Below, piece by piece: positions 26,494-40,268 of a stretch of 64,000 nt of DNA. Source of the stretch: Malacoraja senta (Eukaryota). The position numbers and the translations under genes are program-made. Position 1 is the stretch's first letter. Every line of letters starts with the position of its first letter. The stretch spans positions 1,116,001 to 1,180,000 of the forward strand of contig CM075998.1 of the NCBI GenBank assembly GCA_038087875.1. Direction: 5' to 3'. Under the pieces are notes generated by a model. It saw only the letters and a program-made list of their open reading frames with translations, searched no databases and was not told the DNA's origin.

Positions 26494-26699
26494 AAGATTT
26501 CCGTTTGGAAATGTCTTCCCGGGAGCAACTGCCTGCCCGGGGCTAAAGGTAGATGTTTGACGTTTCAATATCCCCTTCCGTCACCCTAGAAACCAAGGGA
26601 CGCCGGACAACAAAAAAACGCTTCCCTCTGCCGCTGATGTTTTGCTGCAAAGACCAGGAAATAAAACATGCGAGTGATAATGTCCCCCCCCCCCCCCCA

Positions 26700-27271
26700 T
26701 TATTCTTATCTCGCTTCAACACGGCGGGCACTCACTCACGTCTCACTTACACGCACACACACACAATATATAGCGCCAGGAGGGGCGGAGCCCAGGGAAC
26801 CGCGAGTCCGGCCTGGGTTTCCTCCCTTACCGAGTGGAAAGAGAGAGAGAGAGAGAGAGAGAGAGGGGGAGAGGGGGAGAGGGAGAGAGGGAGAGGGAGA
26901 GGGAGAGGGAGAGGGTGACTGCGGGGGGAAATGAGGCCTAATGACATTTGTTGTGCTTTCAGGGACACCTCTTATCGCGATGTGGACATTCGCACCAACG
27001 GGACCCAGCGTCCTGTGCCACCTCACAGGCGGGCGTTGCACGAACCATTGTTAGTTTTAGAGAAATATAACAATGGCAAACTTGTCGATTATACGACTGA
27101 GTGACAATGAAAGACTTGTTATGTATGTGTGAAAATAGTGACGAGCAGTTAGCGAAACGGTCCCTGTTCTCATATTGTGAGCTGTGTGTATGCGTGTGTG
27201 TCTGTGTATATATAAAGTTGCTGAGCGCTCTGTCCACAGCTGCCTCTCGCCGCATTGTGACTCACAGCATC
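26700..27271 (+). promoter_or_regulatory. Putative promoter of the kinase gene
   Basis: CpG-enriched; GC box GGGGCGGAGC near 26782; GA-rich tract; TATATATAAAG 27207-27217; AP-1 site TGACTCA 27258-27264. Confidence 0.5.
26841..26915. repeat. (GA)n / (GAGAGG)n polypurine tract
   Basis: About 75 nt of pure purines upstream of kinase exon 1. Confidence 0.95.
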
Positions 27272-27344
27272 ATGGCGGAAGAGCTGCTCGCCGGGTCCCA
27301 GTGGCCAAATTCAAGAGATGCCTATGAGCTTCAGGAAATCATCG
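27272..27344 (+). CDS. STK39: SPAK-like kinase exon 1 (73 nt)
   Basis: ATCATGG Kozak context; MAEELLAGSQWPNSRDAYELQEII(G); donor G|GTCAGT. Confidence 0.9.
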
Positions 27345-28474
27345 GTCAGTCTCTTCCTAATCATTTTAAGTAAAGGTGACGGATCTAAATAAATGTAACG
27401 ATCGCAATGGCATAGGAAATAATCCTTCCCTTGATTGTTTTTTGTAGTTCAATTTCAGTCTAGTATGTGCGGCATTATTAATTCTGAGCGATTTCAATCT
27501 TTGCATGTGCCCAGCCTGCACTATTAACTGGGTGCAGACGGACTGCGTCTTATTTTATTTTTTTAAAAACCGGCGCAGTTTTTCATGACATGTCAAAACA
27601 ACAACAAAAAACAAATCGGCTTTCTTTCTGATTTACATGCTGCAAACGTTCTGATTTATAAATGCATGTTTCGGGGTCGGGAATATGCAACAGAGTATGT
27701 TTCGCCCTGCTGTTTTCATTTTCTTCTCGGACTGGTTGATCCGGGTTCTGCAGTAATGAATGAAAGTTAAACATATTGAAAGTGGTTCTGATGACAATCT
27801 GTCTGCCAGCCCCCTCTTGACATGTTTGCTAAACCGCGACGCTGCTACATCATGTCAAACGGGATGCCCTGCAATAATCTTTTATATTTGAAGGTTTTCT
27901 AATATATATATATATACACATAGTGAAATGGCAGCTGATGCCCGCCACCATACGAAACGTAAGTATTTATATAAATCACAAAGTAATTCATCAGGGTTAT
28001 GGGGGTGGGTGTGGGGTCAGGTGGTCTCACGGCAAATTTGCATGAGGCAGAACGACGTTAAAAGCTTCTGGGAAAGTAAAAAGGGAGAGATTGTTTGTAC
28101 TCGTTGGTGAATCGGTAAAGAAGGGGCCGCGGCCTCAGAGTTGTCTAACTTTCTTCTTCAGACGATAATTTCTATGTACACAGCTAGTTGTCAGGACGTG
28201 GAACAGTTTGCCACATGTAGCTACTGTCGCAGAGAAGTTTGAAAAGCAATTGAAAGTTTATGAACAAAAATATTAAACAAAGTAAATGAGGCAAGAACAA
28301 GTGGATGGGAATGGACAACTCCAATAGCGAGCCAGCACAGATTTGATGGACTGAATGGCCTCATTCTGTACTATAAGATTGTTGATTCTTTAATTTGAGA
28401 TCAAGAATGCATGATACGAAATGTGACAGGGATTTAAATTGCCACCATGGAAGAACAAATAATCTAACCCCTTG

Positions 28475-28563
28475 GGCCACAGAGATGCTGCCTGGTCTGC
28501 TGAGTTACTCCAGGACTTTGTGTCCTTTTGTGTAAACCAGCATCTGCAGTTCCTTGTTTCTAA
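28475..28563 (+). mobile_element. Short Penelope-tail insertion with 14-bp TSD
   Basis: AATCTAACCCCTTG at 28461-28474 and 28564-28577. Confidence 0.8.
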
Positions 28564-30017
28564 AATCTAACCCCTTGTCTCTTTTTCCCTCATAAAAGAG
28601 TTAACTTAACTTGGTACCAACACACTTTCTTAGTGTTCAGACCTTGTTTTATTGCATTTGTCATTTTCTATGTAATTGTTGCCATCAAATGTTTCTGATT
28701 AACAACATTTTCATTCAGAGGTAAGGTTGATTTCATTACCAGCTCTGCAGATTAAACAATCACAGTTTCAAAAGCTGTTTTGTATTGTATTGGGTGCCCT
28801 CAGGTGGAATAGTTGCAAAGTGACAATGGACCTGCGATCACTATACAGTTTCACTTTGGATGGTAACAGTATTGCGTCTGGTTAGGACCCTCCTCATTAC
28901 CGAACACTGACCCAATATTGTTCTTCAGACTTGTTTTATATATCAGATATGATAGCGCTACTGGATCCCAGCAGAATGAATCTCTTGGTGTGTTTGAGAG
29001 AGCTGTACAAAAAAAAATCAGGTGTGGTACTGTTAAAACTGTAAGAAAATGCAGTGATTTGGTTGGTGGCATAATTGGACAGGTGAATATGTCTATCGTG
29101 GCACAATTGTAAACCTGTCTCTAAAATAAAACTGTTGAGTAAAAATAGTAGATTATGGAAGCTTGGACAGTTTAATGGATCTATCTTCTGTGTGAAATGT
29201 TTCACACAGCTGACGGGTTAGTGTTTTGGAGCAGGTTTCTCCAGGCTTCTTCAGAAGCCAATTAAGTCTGCCAGAGACTAGCCACTACCAGTGACTTCAC
29301 CCTGTAGCGTGTCAGCATGATTTTGCACAAAGCTGGATAAAGCCTCATATTGGGCCTCGGATCAAAATCAATACATTCAATTTTCAGTTCCTTTCACTAC
29401 TTGTCTCTGAAAGATGCTGACCCAGGCTGAGGGTGGGTTTCTTTGCACTGAGGTATTCTTTAATATAATGTCAGTTGTGGAGTTTAAGAAGGCTGTGGAG
29501 AGGGAAAATTACAACCAACTTTTAGCCAAACCCACATTTCTCCTCCTCCAATATACAAGAGGCTCTGACTATCAGCCAGAGGTGGGAGTGGAGTGTGGGT
29601 TGCACTCTCACTAGTCCATGGGTGCTGATACCAATTGGAGTGCCCATTTGCTGACCAGGCTGAGATCAGTTTACCTGGTACGGGACAGGGATCGGTCCTG
29701 GTACTTCCAATTTACATGGGTGAGATTAATGTTTAAAACTGTCTTTCACCATTGGTTGATTGGGAATGCAGGTACAGATAGCTATTGTACACTGGAGGGT
29801 ATCACAGCCAAGTCCAGTACTTTCCTATGAGTCAGACACAAAATGACCTTTTCAGCCAAATCTGATCCTGGACTGGGAATGGAATCTTGGCTTTCCTTAT
29901 CTTAGAGACATGAGTGTTAATTGTAAGGTTGGCCATTACCATCATTACAAATGCGATCAGTGAGCTCAACACAGGCTAATGCCAGGATCTTCCAAATCCG
30001 TAATAACAACAAACTCT

Positions 30018-30255
30018 TGATGCTGGTTTACGCAAAAGGACTGGAGTAACTCAGCGGATCAGGCAGCATCTCTGGAGAAAATGGATACGTGACGTTTCTG
30101 GTCCGGACCCATCTTCAGACCAAAATGAATAGGTGACATTTTGGGTCTGGACCCTTCTTCAGACCTGAAGAAAGTTCCCACCCCGAAATGTCACCAATCC
30201 ATTTTCTCCAGAGATGCTGCCTGACCCACAGAATCACTCCAGCATTTTGTCTCTA
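30018..30255. mobile_element. Fold-back Penelope-tail element (two minus units and one plus unit)
   Basis: Inversion junction CTTCAGAC|CTGAAGAA at 30164/30165. Confidence 0.8.
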
Positions 30256-30599
30256 TGCTTCCAAATCTGTGTTGAACACGTCAACACCGAAGCAATTGGG
30301 AAGGGACTGCACCCACTTACAACAGCTGACATTTACTTTATGCATGTTGGAGCAAAATAATATTTGGAAACTACACCATTTACTCTTTTCCTCTTGTACA
30401 TGGATTATTGTGTTGTATGTAGCGATTGGTACAACTAGATTCATAAATGATGGACAAATTTTGGCAGGTTGTGTGCTCCTTCTGCTCTTTGTTCATGACT
30501 TACTTCTGTGCTGTATTGTTTTTACAAAAGAATGATTTTCCCCCGTACAAAGATGCTGAAATGCATATGCCAATCCAGGAATCCAGTTGGCATCATTAT

Positions 30600-30771
30600 T
30601 TAGATGCAAGGAATTGCAAAAAAAAAGACACAAAATGCTGGAGTAACTCAGCCGGTCAGGCAGCATCTCAGGTCTGAGAAAGAGTCCTGACCCAAAACGT
30701 CACCTATCCATGTTCTCCAGAAATGCTGGCTGACCCGCTGAGTTACTCCAACACTTTGTGTCTTTTTATGC
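30600..30771. mobile_element. Fold-back Penelope-tail element with 9-bp TSD
   Basis: CATCATTAT at 30591-30599 and 30772-30780; inverted arms. Confidence 0.75.
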
Positions 30772-33044
30772 CATCATTATGCTATGGAGAAGGACAGCAA
30801 AGTAATCTAGAGTCTTGACAGCAGCCATTTGTCTGATTAAAACAGTTCTGTGTTTCCCCATTTAACCTGATCCCACTCTCCTGCTCACTCCTGATTTCCA
30901 TTAATATTCTTTATCAAGCAATTCCCTTTATATGAGGAAAAAAATGTACTTCATTTCAACAATAGTTTGTGACAGAAAGTTCCTCTTTCTAAAGCCCCTT
31001 TTTGTAAAGAAAATGTCACAGTCTCCCTTTTTAATTCTTTTGATGATTACTATCAGTTCAAACATGCAAAGAAGGACCTTTGCCCACAGCTTCTGCTAGC
31101 CACTGGTGCATAAGTGGAATTGCCAAAGTGCTGAGTCCGAGTCTCTTTCAGGAAGAACATAAAATGGATTACATTCTTATTTTGTAAGTTGGTGTGGGTG
31201 GGCGAGGGGGTGCTGACAGAACACAAAGCATTGTTGGTCTCACCATAATCTGCAATTTATGAGCCATAAATGTATATTTGAAAAAATCAATGCATTTAAA
31301 AATAAGGATAGAAAATACTTTCTTTTAATTAATTTGCATTGTATGTCATCATAAATCTCCTCTATCCACAATTAGTAAGAAAGTGATTAGGCTCAACATG
31401 GCAGTGTGTGGAGTGTTTTGGTACTGTACATTTTGTAGCACTCTGCACAATATTGATCGGTAACCCGCAAAGTGAAATTTAGTATGTTTTTTTTTAATCT
31501 TCCAGTTTTCAGCCCACTTTCCTTCCTGCCAGCATTTGTTTCAGGGCAAAGGCACAGTTTCACAGGTCCTTGCAGCCTATCGGCACCTCAGACATGGTAC
31601 ATGTGCCTTGCCAGTGAGTGTCAACAGATTCTTCAAATTAATATCTACTCAAATACACTTAACGGCAAGGGTTATTGAGATAGCAATCAGGTGTGGGAAT
31701 CTTAGCTCAAGAAGACAGCCATTCAGTTCTCGATTGTAATATGATTTATGATATTATCACTGATCATTAGAGAAGTTGATAGAAAGAGGAATAAAGAAAT
31801 GTAGGAATTTGGTGGAATTTATGATTACTATTAGTAAATACCGTAAACAGTGGTGTGCACTGGTTGATTGAATAGCCTCTTTTCTGCATTGTAATTTGTG
31901 TGCGGGTGCTCGGAATGGATGTCTGAGAGTGTATCAATCTATTCATGGGTATCTGTATGCAGGTGTGTGCACTGCAGTCCATAAAAATGCTGATCAGAAA
32001 CTGCAAGTGAAAATGGTTCATCAAAAAGAGGATCCCCTGGTCGTTTTGAACAAGTGGCAGATTCTTGAGAACTTGCCCATGAGCTCTCTGTTTCATGCTA
32101 TATAACTGTGTTACACAGCTAATCATTGTAGAGATTTGCAGGTTTCAATGCTAGCTGTATCACTGTTTCTTCTGTGTTATACATCAACATGACTGCTCCA
32201 TGTGAGCCATCAAGCATCACTCAATTTGGCAGGTAAACAAAATTTGTGAATAATTCATTAGTAATCCAAATTCTGTTGGAAGCGATGAAGAAAAGAGTGA
32301 TGGTAGTGATTTCCCAAAAATGCACTAGAAAGGACTGATTTTATCTGATGTTATTAACTTTCAAAGTTTGAACGGAGAATGTTTCCTCTTTGGGTAAAAG
32401 CAGATTTGGACTGAAAACATTAGCGGATTGGATTACACCCTGTCCCTCTTCCCCACGCCACAGCTTTGTTTGCAAAGATGGAATTGTCTGACCCCTGTTA
32501 CAGCACGTTCATCCATTGTGATTTTGCAATGCGATCTTTCATTGGTCTCAACATTTTGGTATCCAGTTGCCGTACTTTTTTTAAAATGTCCATATTTGAC
32601 TATTTTTAAATAGTTCTTTTCCCCACTTTAATGTAGTCTGCTGAAAGGAGCCAGAGGGCTGGTGCTGGGGAGGGAACAAGAGTAGGTTGAAGCATTTGCC
32701 AGTAGTACAGCCAAAAGGGGAACCAAATAAATCTGCAAAGGAACATAGGAGAGGAAAACACATAAAAACGCACAGCAAGGAAAAGCAACTTGAGAAAAAA
32801 AGTGTCTGCAAATGGAATTAGTACATTAAATAAGTACCCAGGAAGGGGATTTGCAAGTATAATAGCACCCAGTCAAGATTGAGAAACATCTCAGAACTGT
32901 TTTATGTGGAAGGAAGGTAGTTATTGCAACATGGGCTACTACAGTGGTCTCTTTTCAATATTTATACATAGCCCTGGTTATATTCCGAGTGGAATACTAT
33001 GAATAGTTGTGGGTACCACTCATTAGGAAGGGTAGACTGACTAG

Positions 33045-33505
33045 AGTGATGGTAGACACAAAATGCTGGAGTAACTCAGCAGGTGAGGCAGCATCTTTGG
33101 AGAAAAGGAATGGCCGACGTTTCGGGTCGAGACCCTTCAGACTGATGTCAGGGGAGGGGGCAGGACAAAGATAGAATATAGTCGAAGACTAGTGGGAGAA
33201 CTGGGAAGGGGAAGGGGATGGAGAGAGAAAGCAAGGGCTATCTGAAGTTAGAGAAGTCAATGTTCATACCGCTGGGGTGTAAACTACCCAAGCAAAATAT
33301 GAGGTGCTGCTCCTCCAACTAGCACTGGGCCTCACTCTGACAATGGAGGAGGCCCAGGACAGAAAGGTCAGATTGGGAATGGGAGGGGGAGTTGAAGTAC
33401 TGGGCCACCGGGAGATCAGCTTGGTTAAGAAGAACTGAGCGGAGGTGTTCAGCGAAACGATCGCCGAGCCTGCGCTTGGTCTCGCCAATGTAGAGAAGTT
33501 GACAC
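33045..33505 (-). mobile_element. Penelope 3' fragment (GIY-YIG plus tail) inserted in a CR1 remnant
   Basis: RCQLLYIGETKRRLGDRFAEHLRSV...VAQYFN; flanked by CTGACTAG at 33037-33044 and 33506-33513. Confidence 0.88.
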
Positions 33506-34699
33506 CTGACTAGGAGGGTTAAATTACGAGGAAATAACACACAAAAAAGAGTGAATGGGGATCATTTGACACCCTTTCCAAAGGTCAGGGACGAGGGGCC
33601 AGAGTTTGGAGGGTGTGGTTTGAAATCTTTTGACAGAGATACAGAAATTTGTAACTCCCTGCTGCAAATAGCAGCTGATGCCAAGTCAATTGATGATTTT
33701 AAATCTGAGACAGAGATTTTTGTTAATCAAAACTACTAAGGGATATGGTGAAAAGGGCAGCTGTGTGGAGTTAGGTAACAGGTCAGCCATCATCCAAATG
33801 AATAGCTGAACAGGCTTAAAAGCTCCTGTCGTCGCCCATTCCTTCTATCCAGAAATGCAACTGTCCCACTGAGTTACTCCAGCATTTTGTGTCTATCCTC
33901 TGGCAGAAAACCTTGCATGCCCTCAAGTAACAATGTAGAGAAATAAAATTGAGAAACACTTTCATTACTTCAGTATTTTGTTTTCTCTATATGTCTTACA
34001 GCAAAGTACTATAAAAAATAAACAGCTGACAAATACGGGTAAGAGAAGTAGATTTTAAAAAAGTCTCAACAGGAAAGCAAGAGCAATAAACCTTCATGTA
34101 CTAAACTCAAACATGTCCTTTGTAAAATTACAGGCTTTTATTCTGTCACTGAGACACTTACTGAGACATCAACTGTCACAAGTACTGCCAAGTGAATAGT
34201 GAACTGTACTGAGTTTAAGGTCTTGATATTTCAACACCTGTCTCTTGTGTATATATATAACACCTATGGCCTATCTCCACTAATCTTATTTGCTTATATT
34301 AGGCCCGTATTTCTCTATGCCTTTCTTATCTACGTACCTGTGTTGGAAGATCAAGACTTCAAGCTCACTACAGCTCACAATTCACTGGGCAGCAGTAATC
34401 CCCATGTGCCCAGATGCTTGAACCTTAGCAGCACCTTTTGCACACATCCTATGAATTGCCACATTTGCAGACTTCTTTTCTAACTTCATATCTGGGAACT
34501 ATTTAGAGCAGGGGGTAGTGCGTAACTAGTTAACAATAGAGTCAAAAGCAATCAGCAATTATCTTTCCATTATTTCTTTCTACTAGCAGTTGATTTTTTA
34601 CAAACATTCTTGTGTTTTTAGAGAATATTTTGCAAAAGATGCACGATTTTACCACTTTTTGCGCAGAAAAGAGGTTAACGTGGGCTGTGACGACACAAC

Positions 34700-36270
34700 C
34701 ATGAAACAGACCGAAGATAGACACAAAAAGCTTGAGTAACACGGGGGGTCAGGCAGCATCTCTGGAGAAAAGGAATAGGTGACGTTTCGGGTCAAGACCC
34801 TTCTTTTTCTCAGCCTCGATCCTTGAGATCTGCCAAACAGCTCAATCAAAATAATAGGTGGAGACCTGCCCACTAATTCTGAGGGACTAGCATGCACTGG
34901 GTAGCAAAATAAAAAATGGATAGAGTTAAATTTCCCCTGATGTAGGTGAATGATGGAATGTGTGAATAATACATTGCAGGGAATATTGGTGGTGAATGGA
35001 ATAGAGAAAGAAAAATGCTGGAAGGACGTGGCAGGTCAGGCAGCATTTGTGGAGACTTGACGGTTCAGGTTATTAGTTTGCATATCCTGTATCAAAATAA
35101 CACAAAAACAAACTCCTGGAAATGCTTTTTAAGACAGCATCTGTGGAGAGAGAAAACAGTTAATGGTTCATACTGATGACCTTTTGTCAGAACAGTTCCA
35201 GTCTTCAAATCTGTTCAGAAAGGAAAATGATTCTGAGAGCCCTTTATTATGTACAGTGGTGACGAGTGGCGTAGTAACTCTGAGCAGTGGCTGATTGTAA
35301 ATATGCAGCTCCTTGTCTGCTGCCAAGATTTAAAAAAGGACCACGTGAAGTGAAAATGATTGGAAGCATCTTTATTCACAGCTGAGCACTGGGCCATCAC
35401 GAACAGTGACTAAACAAAACAGATAACATAATCTGCGGCCTGGCCCTTACCAGGAGGAAACTCAATTATAAGAGTCTGCCTGGGGTCTATTACCTTTATT
35501 ACAACAATGTTTATACAACATTAAGAATGAGGCATTTAAACACTTCTGTTCCTCGCTCAAGGTGCTGAGTCATGCTGGAGAATTCAGTACTCTGGACACG
35601 GATATCTCTTCACAACCTTATTGTTTTTCACGAAGACAGCAAATGCTGTTATGTGCAGGAAGGAATTGCAGATGCTGGTTTACATCGAAGATAGACACAA
35701 AATGCTGGAGTAACTCAGCGGGACAGGCAGCATCACTGGAAAGAAGGAATAGGTGTCATTTCAGGTCGAGACCCTTCTTCAGACCGAGAGTCAGGGGAGA
35801 GGGAGTCTAGAGAAATGGAAGGGCAAGGCATGAAAACGACAGATCAAAGCAGACACTGCTCAAGGAAATGTAGAATGGTTTATCGTTGGTTGAAGAGAAG
35901 GTGACAACCCATGAATCGGGAGTCCAGTGGGAAATGAACAAATGATTAAGGGGTTTGAAATAGCTACAACAAGGTAAAATAAAACCTGTCTGGAGAGGCA
36001 GCCAGTGTGTGAGTGTGTGTGCACACAACAAGCTGAGCTTTGTTCTCCATGAACTAACTACATGACTAAAGGAGTCTGTGATTAAAGGTTTGAATATTGT
36101 AATCTGAAACCAAGTACTCTCTGATGGTCTCCAATCCAGACCGTGAAAATCAAAAGAAAATCTGCAGATGCTGGCAATCTAACATAAAAACAGAACATTA
36201 GGGCAACGTGCAGCACGTCAGGTGGCATCTGTGGGAAGAGAAACATAGTCAACATTGTGGGTCAAAGACT
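34700..36270 (-). mobile_element. Cluster of about five Penelope-tail copies of different ages
   Basis: Copies near 34711-34810, 35005-35060, 35110-35190, 35655-35910 and 36160-36270. Confidence 0.7.
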
Positions 36271-37004
36271 GTCGGCACTGGGATGGAGGGCAGAAACATT
36301 TAAAGATTTAGGGAGAGTGGATGAGGGGGGACGTAACAGCCTGGATGATAGACCCTGAATCCTCAACTATCTTTAGAGTGAAACTCGGGGGTACGTACAA
36401 ATCAGCAATAGAACCCACTTGACTGCAGGGATCTTGAGTGTGGCTGGTGGGGAAATCTCGTTGGTTATACTGATGACTGGTCCATATTGACATGCAGTGA
36501 ATGCCATATCTGGGTCAACGGATTATTTCGGCACTAATGTAGGAACAACAAGGAACCGCTGAAATGTGACGCTCTGCCTTGGAGCGCCAAGATTGATGAT
36601 TTGCGAAACTCCCAACCTTTGAGGTAAATAGAGGGATTCCGTATCCTTCCTTCCCTTTCTAAAGACAGGTGGAGAACCAACAGCAACAGCAGGAACTGTT
36701 GTCCACCTGGCTGATTGTCACTTTGCAATGGTACTTACAGCAATTAGGAGACTTCAGGTGAGACTTCAGGTGGATGCTGATTGCCAGCAGAGTGAGAGGG
36801 ACATCACTGAGCCATGGTCAGAAGAACTCTGCTGCCTTTGGGTCAATGAGGTAGTGCCTGCTGCTGCAGGGGGCTGACTACTTCGCACCATGCTTCAATT
36901 GCTTTTGAGAGTGACAATGGACATGCTGGACTGAAGGGGAACAGAGCCTGTGGACTCAGAAGTGAGAAAAGTAACGCTACGTTAAATCGTTAAAGTTTAC
37001 AAAG

Positions 37005-37305
37005 GTTTAGAGATACAGAGCGGACACAGGCCCTTCAGCTCACTGAGTCCGCGCCGACAAGCGATCCTCATACACTAACACTATCCTACACACACTAGGG
37101 ACAATTTACAATTTTACCAAGCCAATTAACTACAAACCTGTACGTCTTTAGATTGTGGGAGGAAACCGAAACACCCGTAGAAAACCCATGTAAGTCACGG
37201 GGAGAACATACAGACTTCGTACAGACAGCACCCGTAGTCAGGATTGATCCCGGGTCTCTGGTGCTGTGAGGCGGCAACTCTACCGCTGCACCACCGTGCC
37301 ACCCA
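37005..37305 (-). mobile_element. V-SINE (HE1-like)
   Basis: Reverse complement of the 24949-25240 family. Confidence 0.8.
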
Positions 37306-39421
37306 GGTAAAGGAATAATATTTCTCATGTACTGATGGAAGTAAATCCATTGTTATTGACACTACATATAAAATGGGGATGGGAAGATGATGAATTGTCT
37401 GAAGAGTTTAACCAGGTTGCATCATTGCACCAGAAGCAAGTTGCTTGTGAAGCCCACTGACATTCATAGTTGCCCACATGATGCCACCAGACTGGGCTTC
37501 AGACAGCTCATTGGAGCACTGTGCAGAGAGAGGATCGTTGGCTGGTTGTTACCGGGCTGAGCAAATGAATGTGGTGAGACATCCTTGCTTGCCCTGTGTG
37601 ATGCAAGGCACAGCACACGTGGTGGGATATTGCCTTCACTCCAAGTCCTTGTGCCACCATCTGCAACTTGTGTGCTCAAGGTATTGGAAAAGGCAGTTGT
37701 GGGCCATCTGCATTGTGGTTAAAGTGTCCCTTTATCTGTTTCAGATGGACAGACCATTGACTTGGCTGTTTCCTGAGGTGGCCCTGTGGAGGATCCTCAA
37801 AGGTGTGATGCACTCTCTTGGCTGTGCTTTTGCTGCTGGGTGAAGGTTCTCCTTATTGACTTCCCCTTCCTCTTCCATGACAGGGGAGCTCAGAGGCACC
37901 AATGCTGATGGGGAGTTAACTATGGAAGAAGCGCCTGCAGCGATGTGTAACAAAACACTTCACACTTTGTAAAGGAGCCTCAATATTTACTTACTCTTCA
38001 TTTCAAAACTAACCAGCAGTTCATTCTGATTCCATGATGCATGACCACTAAGCACTAGCCTTCTGTCCAGTTAGTGTCAGTTGCATCATTCGCATCTTGT
38101 CAATTCACTCGTCAAACATGCTACTAACCAGCTACACAACTCAATATTTATTTTCCAAAGATAAAGCATTTCTAAGATGTGACCACAGAATGGGCATTTA
38201 CTGAGAATACGGTTTCTTTAAGAAAAAGTATCTGCTGCATCGGTATTAGTTGTTTTTGACAAAAGTCTGTGTTGATGAACATGGACAGTGAACATTATAC
38301 TTGCATTGCAGGCATTATGCAACATGTTTGGAGCACAATGTTAGAGCAATATATGTAGGGACTGTCCCATGGATCTCAGGGATATGGGCGAGGCGTAGGA
38401 AAATGCTTGCATGGGGCATCTTGGTCGGCATGGACGAATTGGGCCGAAAGGCCTGTTTCCATGCTGTATGATTCTATGACTCTGTCCTTGCCACATTCAT
38501 GGGATGGTGGTGATGTTGGCCAAGGAAGGTATGCTGCTGTGGGAAAGGCATAAAGTGGATATGTCCAAAATGGGTGGTAATGACCCCTGGATGGCTCAGA
38601 CCCCTGAGGATGGGGCAGCCACGCAGAGAAAGTGTTGATGATGTCAATGAGCATGAAGACAAAGGATGCCAGCTGGGTGGGTGGGAGGACATTAAGGAAT
38701 GTGGATCTTTAGAGATGGACGTGGTGAGAACAGTCCAGGATGACAGGGTGTAAAAGCCGTTCGTGTGATTTGGTGAGGTGTCATCTGTTGGTGAATGAGC
38801 ACCAGTGTTGCGCTAGATGTGTTTGTACCACAGGCACTCCAAGGGTACAGAGATGGCATCTGTACCGATTTGTCCATGCTCTGTTTAGATTTGTGGTCTG
38901 AAGACGGTCATAGCCACTTAATCAGTAATAACCATTATAAGGGAGGTTATAAGCTGCATCAGGGAGCACCATAAGCTGGTTGTTTCTCCATTCTCCCACT
39001 CTCCCTGCGGCAGCGAGGATGTATGTATACCGGAATAGTTGAACCTGGACCACGCTGCATAATAACTGTTCCAAAAATTTGTGTTTGGCTGTGAGAGGGA
39101 AAGAGGGAGTGAGAATGATGTCTCCGCTTTGTGTGATGTACGTTGCTATAAATGGATTACCTTGCTACCGCTGCAAGGTCGGAACTTTAAATACTTAGAA
39201 AGCTGTTTGGTAGCCCATTTCTGTGGTGAAACTACGAGCATGGGTCAGCTCCAACACTAAATGACTGGCTCAGACTGAACACTTGAGCTGGAAAAGTGTC
39301 GAGTTGATGTGGAAGGAGTTTTGCTACCGCTCCGTTGTAAAAGTGAGAGTGGTTTTGCTGCTTAGTTCTGTGCTTTGCCACTTGTGATTGCTATTTGCGG
39401 GTTTTTCTTCTCTCACTACAG

Positions 39422-39534
39422 GCTGCGGGGCTACTGCCGTGGTGCAGGCGGCTCTCTGCAAACCCAAAAATGAGCGGGTGGCGATAAAGAGAATAAACCT
39501 GGAGAAATGCAACACGAGCATGGACGAGCTGCTG
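39422..39534 (+). CDS. STK39: SPAK-like kinase exon 2 (113 nt)
   Basis: CTACAG|GC; [37 protein letters not shown]; CTG|GTGAGT. Confidence 0.95.
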
Positions 39535-39819
39535 GTGAGTTGAAGCACCGGTCCTATCGGGGGGCTGTTTTTGCCAGTTGCTAACCTCTATGCGGCAAAT
39601 CTGGGTCTGCCCAAAAACCCACACAGCAAGTACCTGATCTATATTTGTTCACCACAAGCTACTGTGCGCAGCAGATTTAAATCTTATCATTGGATTTGTT
39701 AGCCACATGAAGTTAGAAATTACATTGCGACATGTGAGATTGGACATTGTACAAATGGGGGTGGAGTAATGGATGAAAACGATTGTTCAAAGGGTCCAAC
39801 AGGCCGCTCCATACAGTTA

Positions 39820-40025
39820 GAATCATAGAAAATAGGTGCAGGAGTAGGCCATTCGGCCCTTCGAGCCTGCATTCAATATGATCATGGCTGATCATCCAAC
39901 TCAGTATCCCGTACCTGCCTTCTCTCCATACCCCCTGATCACCTTAGCCACAAGGGCCACATCTAACTCCCTCTTAATATAGCCAATGAACTGGCCACAA
40001 CTACCTTCTGTGGCAGAGAATTCCA
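39820..40025 (-). mobile_element. CR1 (HER1-like) 3' end
   Basis: Matches 51105-51320. Confidence 0.85.
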
Positions 40026-40117
40026 GAGTTATAGTTCCAGAATTCCAGAGTTCTAGACAGAGAAGGGATTGAGCGCTGATGCTGTGAGACTGAGTAGCTG
40101 TTGTGGACAGAACAAAA

Positions 40118-40268
40118 CCCTTTCCCTTGACTCTCAGTCGGAAGAAGGGTCTCGCCCCGAAACGTCACCTATTAATTTTCACTAGAGTTGCTGCTTATCC
40201 CGCTGAGTTACTCCAGCTTTTTGTCATCTTCGGTTTAAACCAGCACCTGCAGTTCCTTCCTACACAAA
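40118..40268 (+). mobile_element. Penelope-tail copy
   Basis: CGGAAGAAGGGTCTCGCCCCGAAACGTCACC...GCTGAGTTACTCCAGC. Confidence 0.8.

Noticed and set aside
30018-30780. Repeated units resembling a CRISPR array or prokaryotic system
   Set aside because: The DNA is eukaryotic; the repeats are dispersed or inverted retroelement tails without regular spacers or cas genes.
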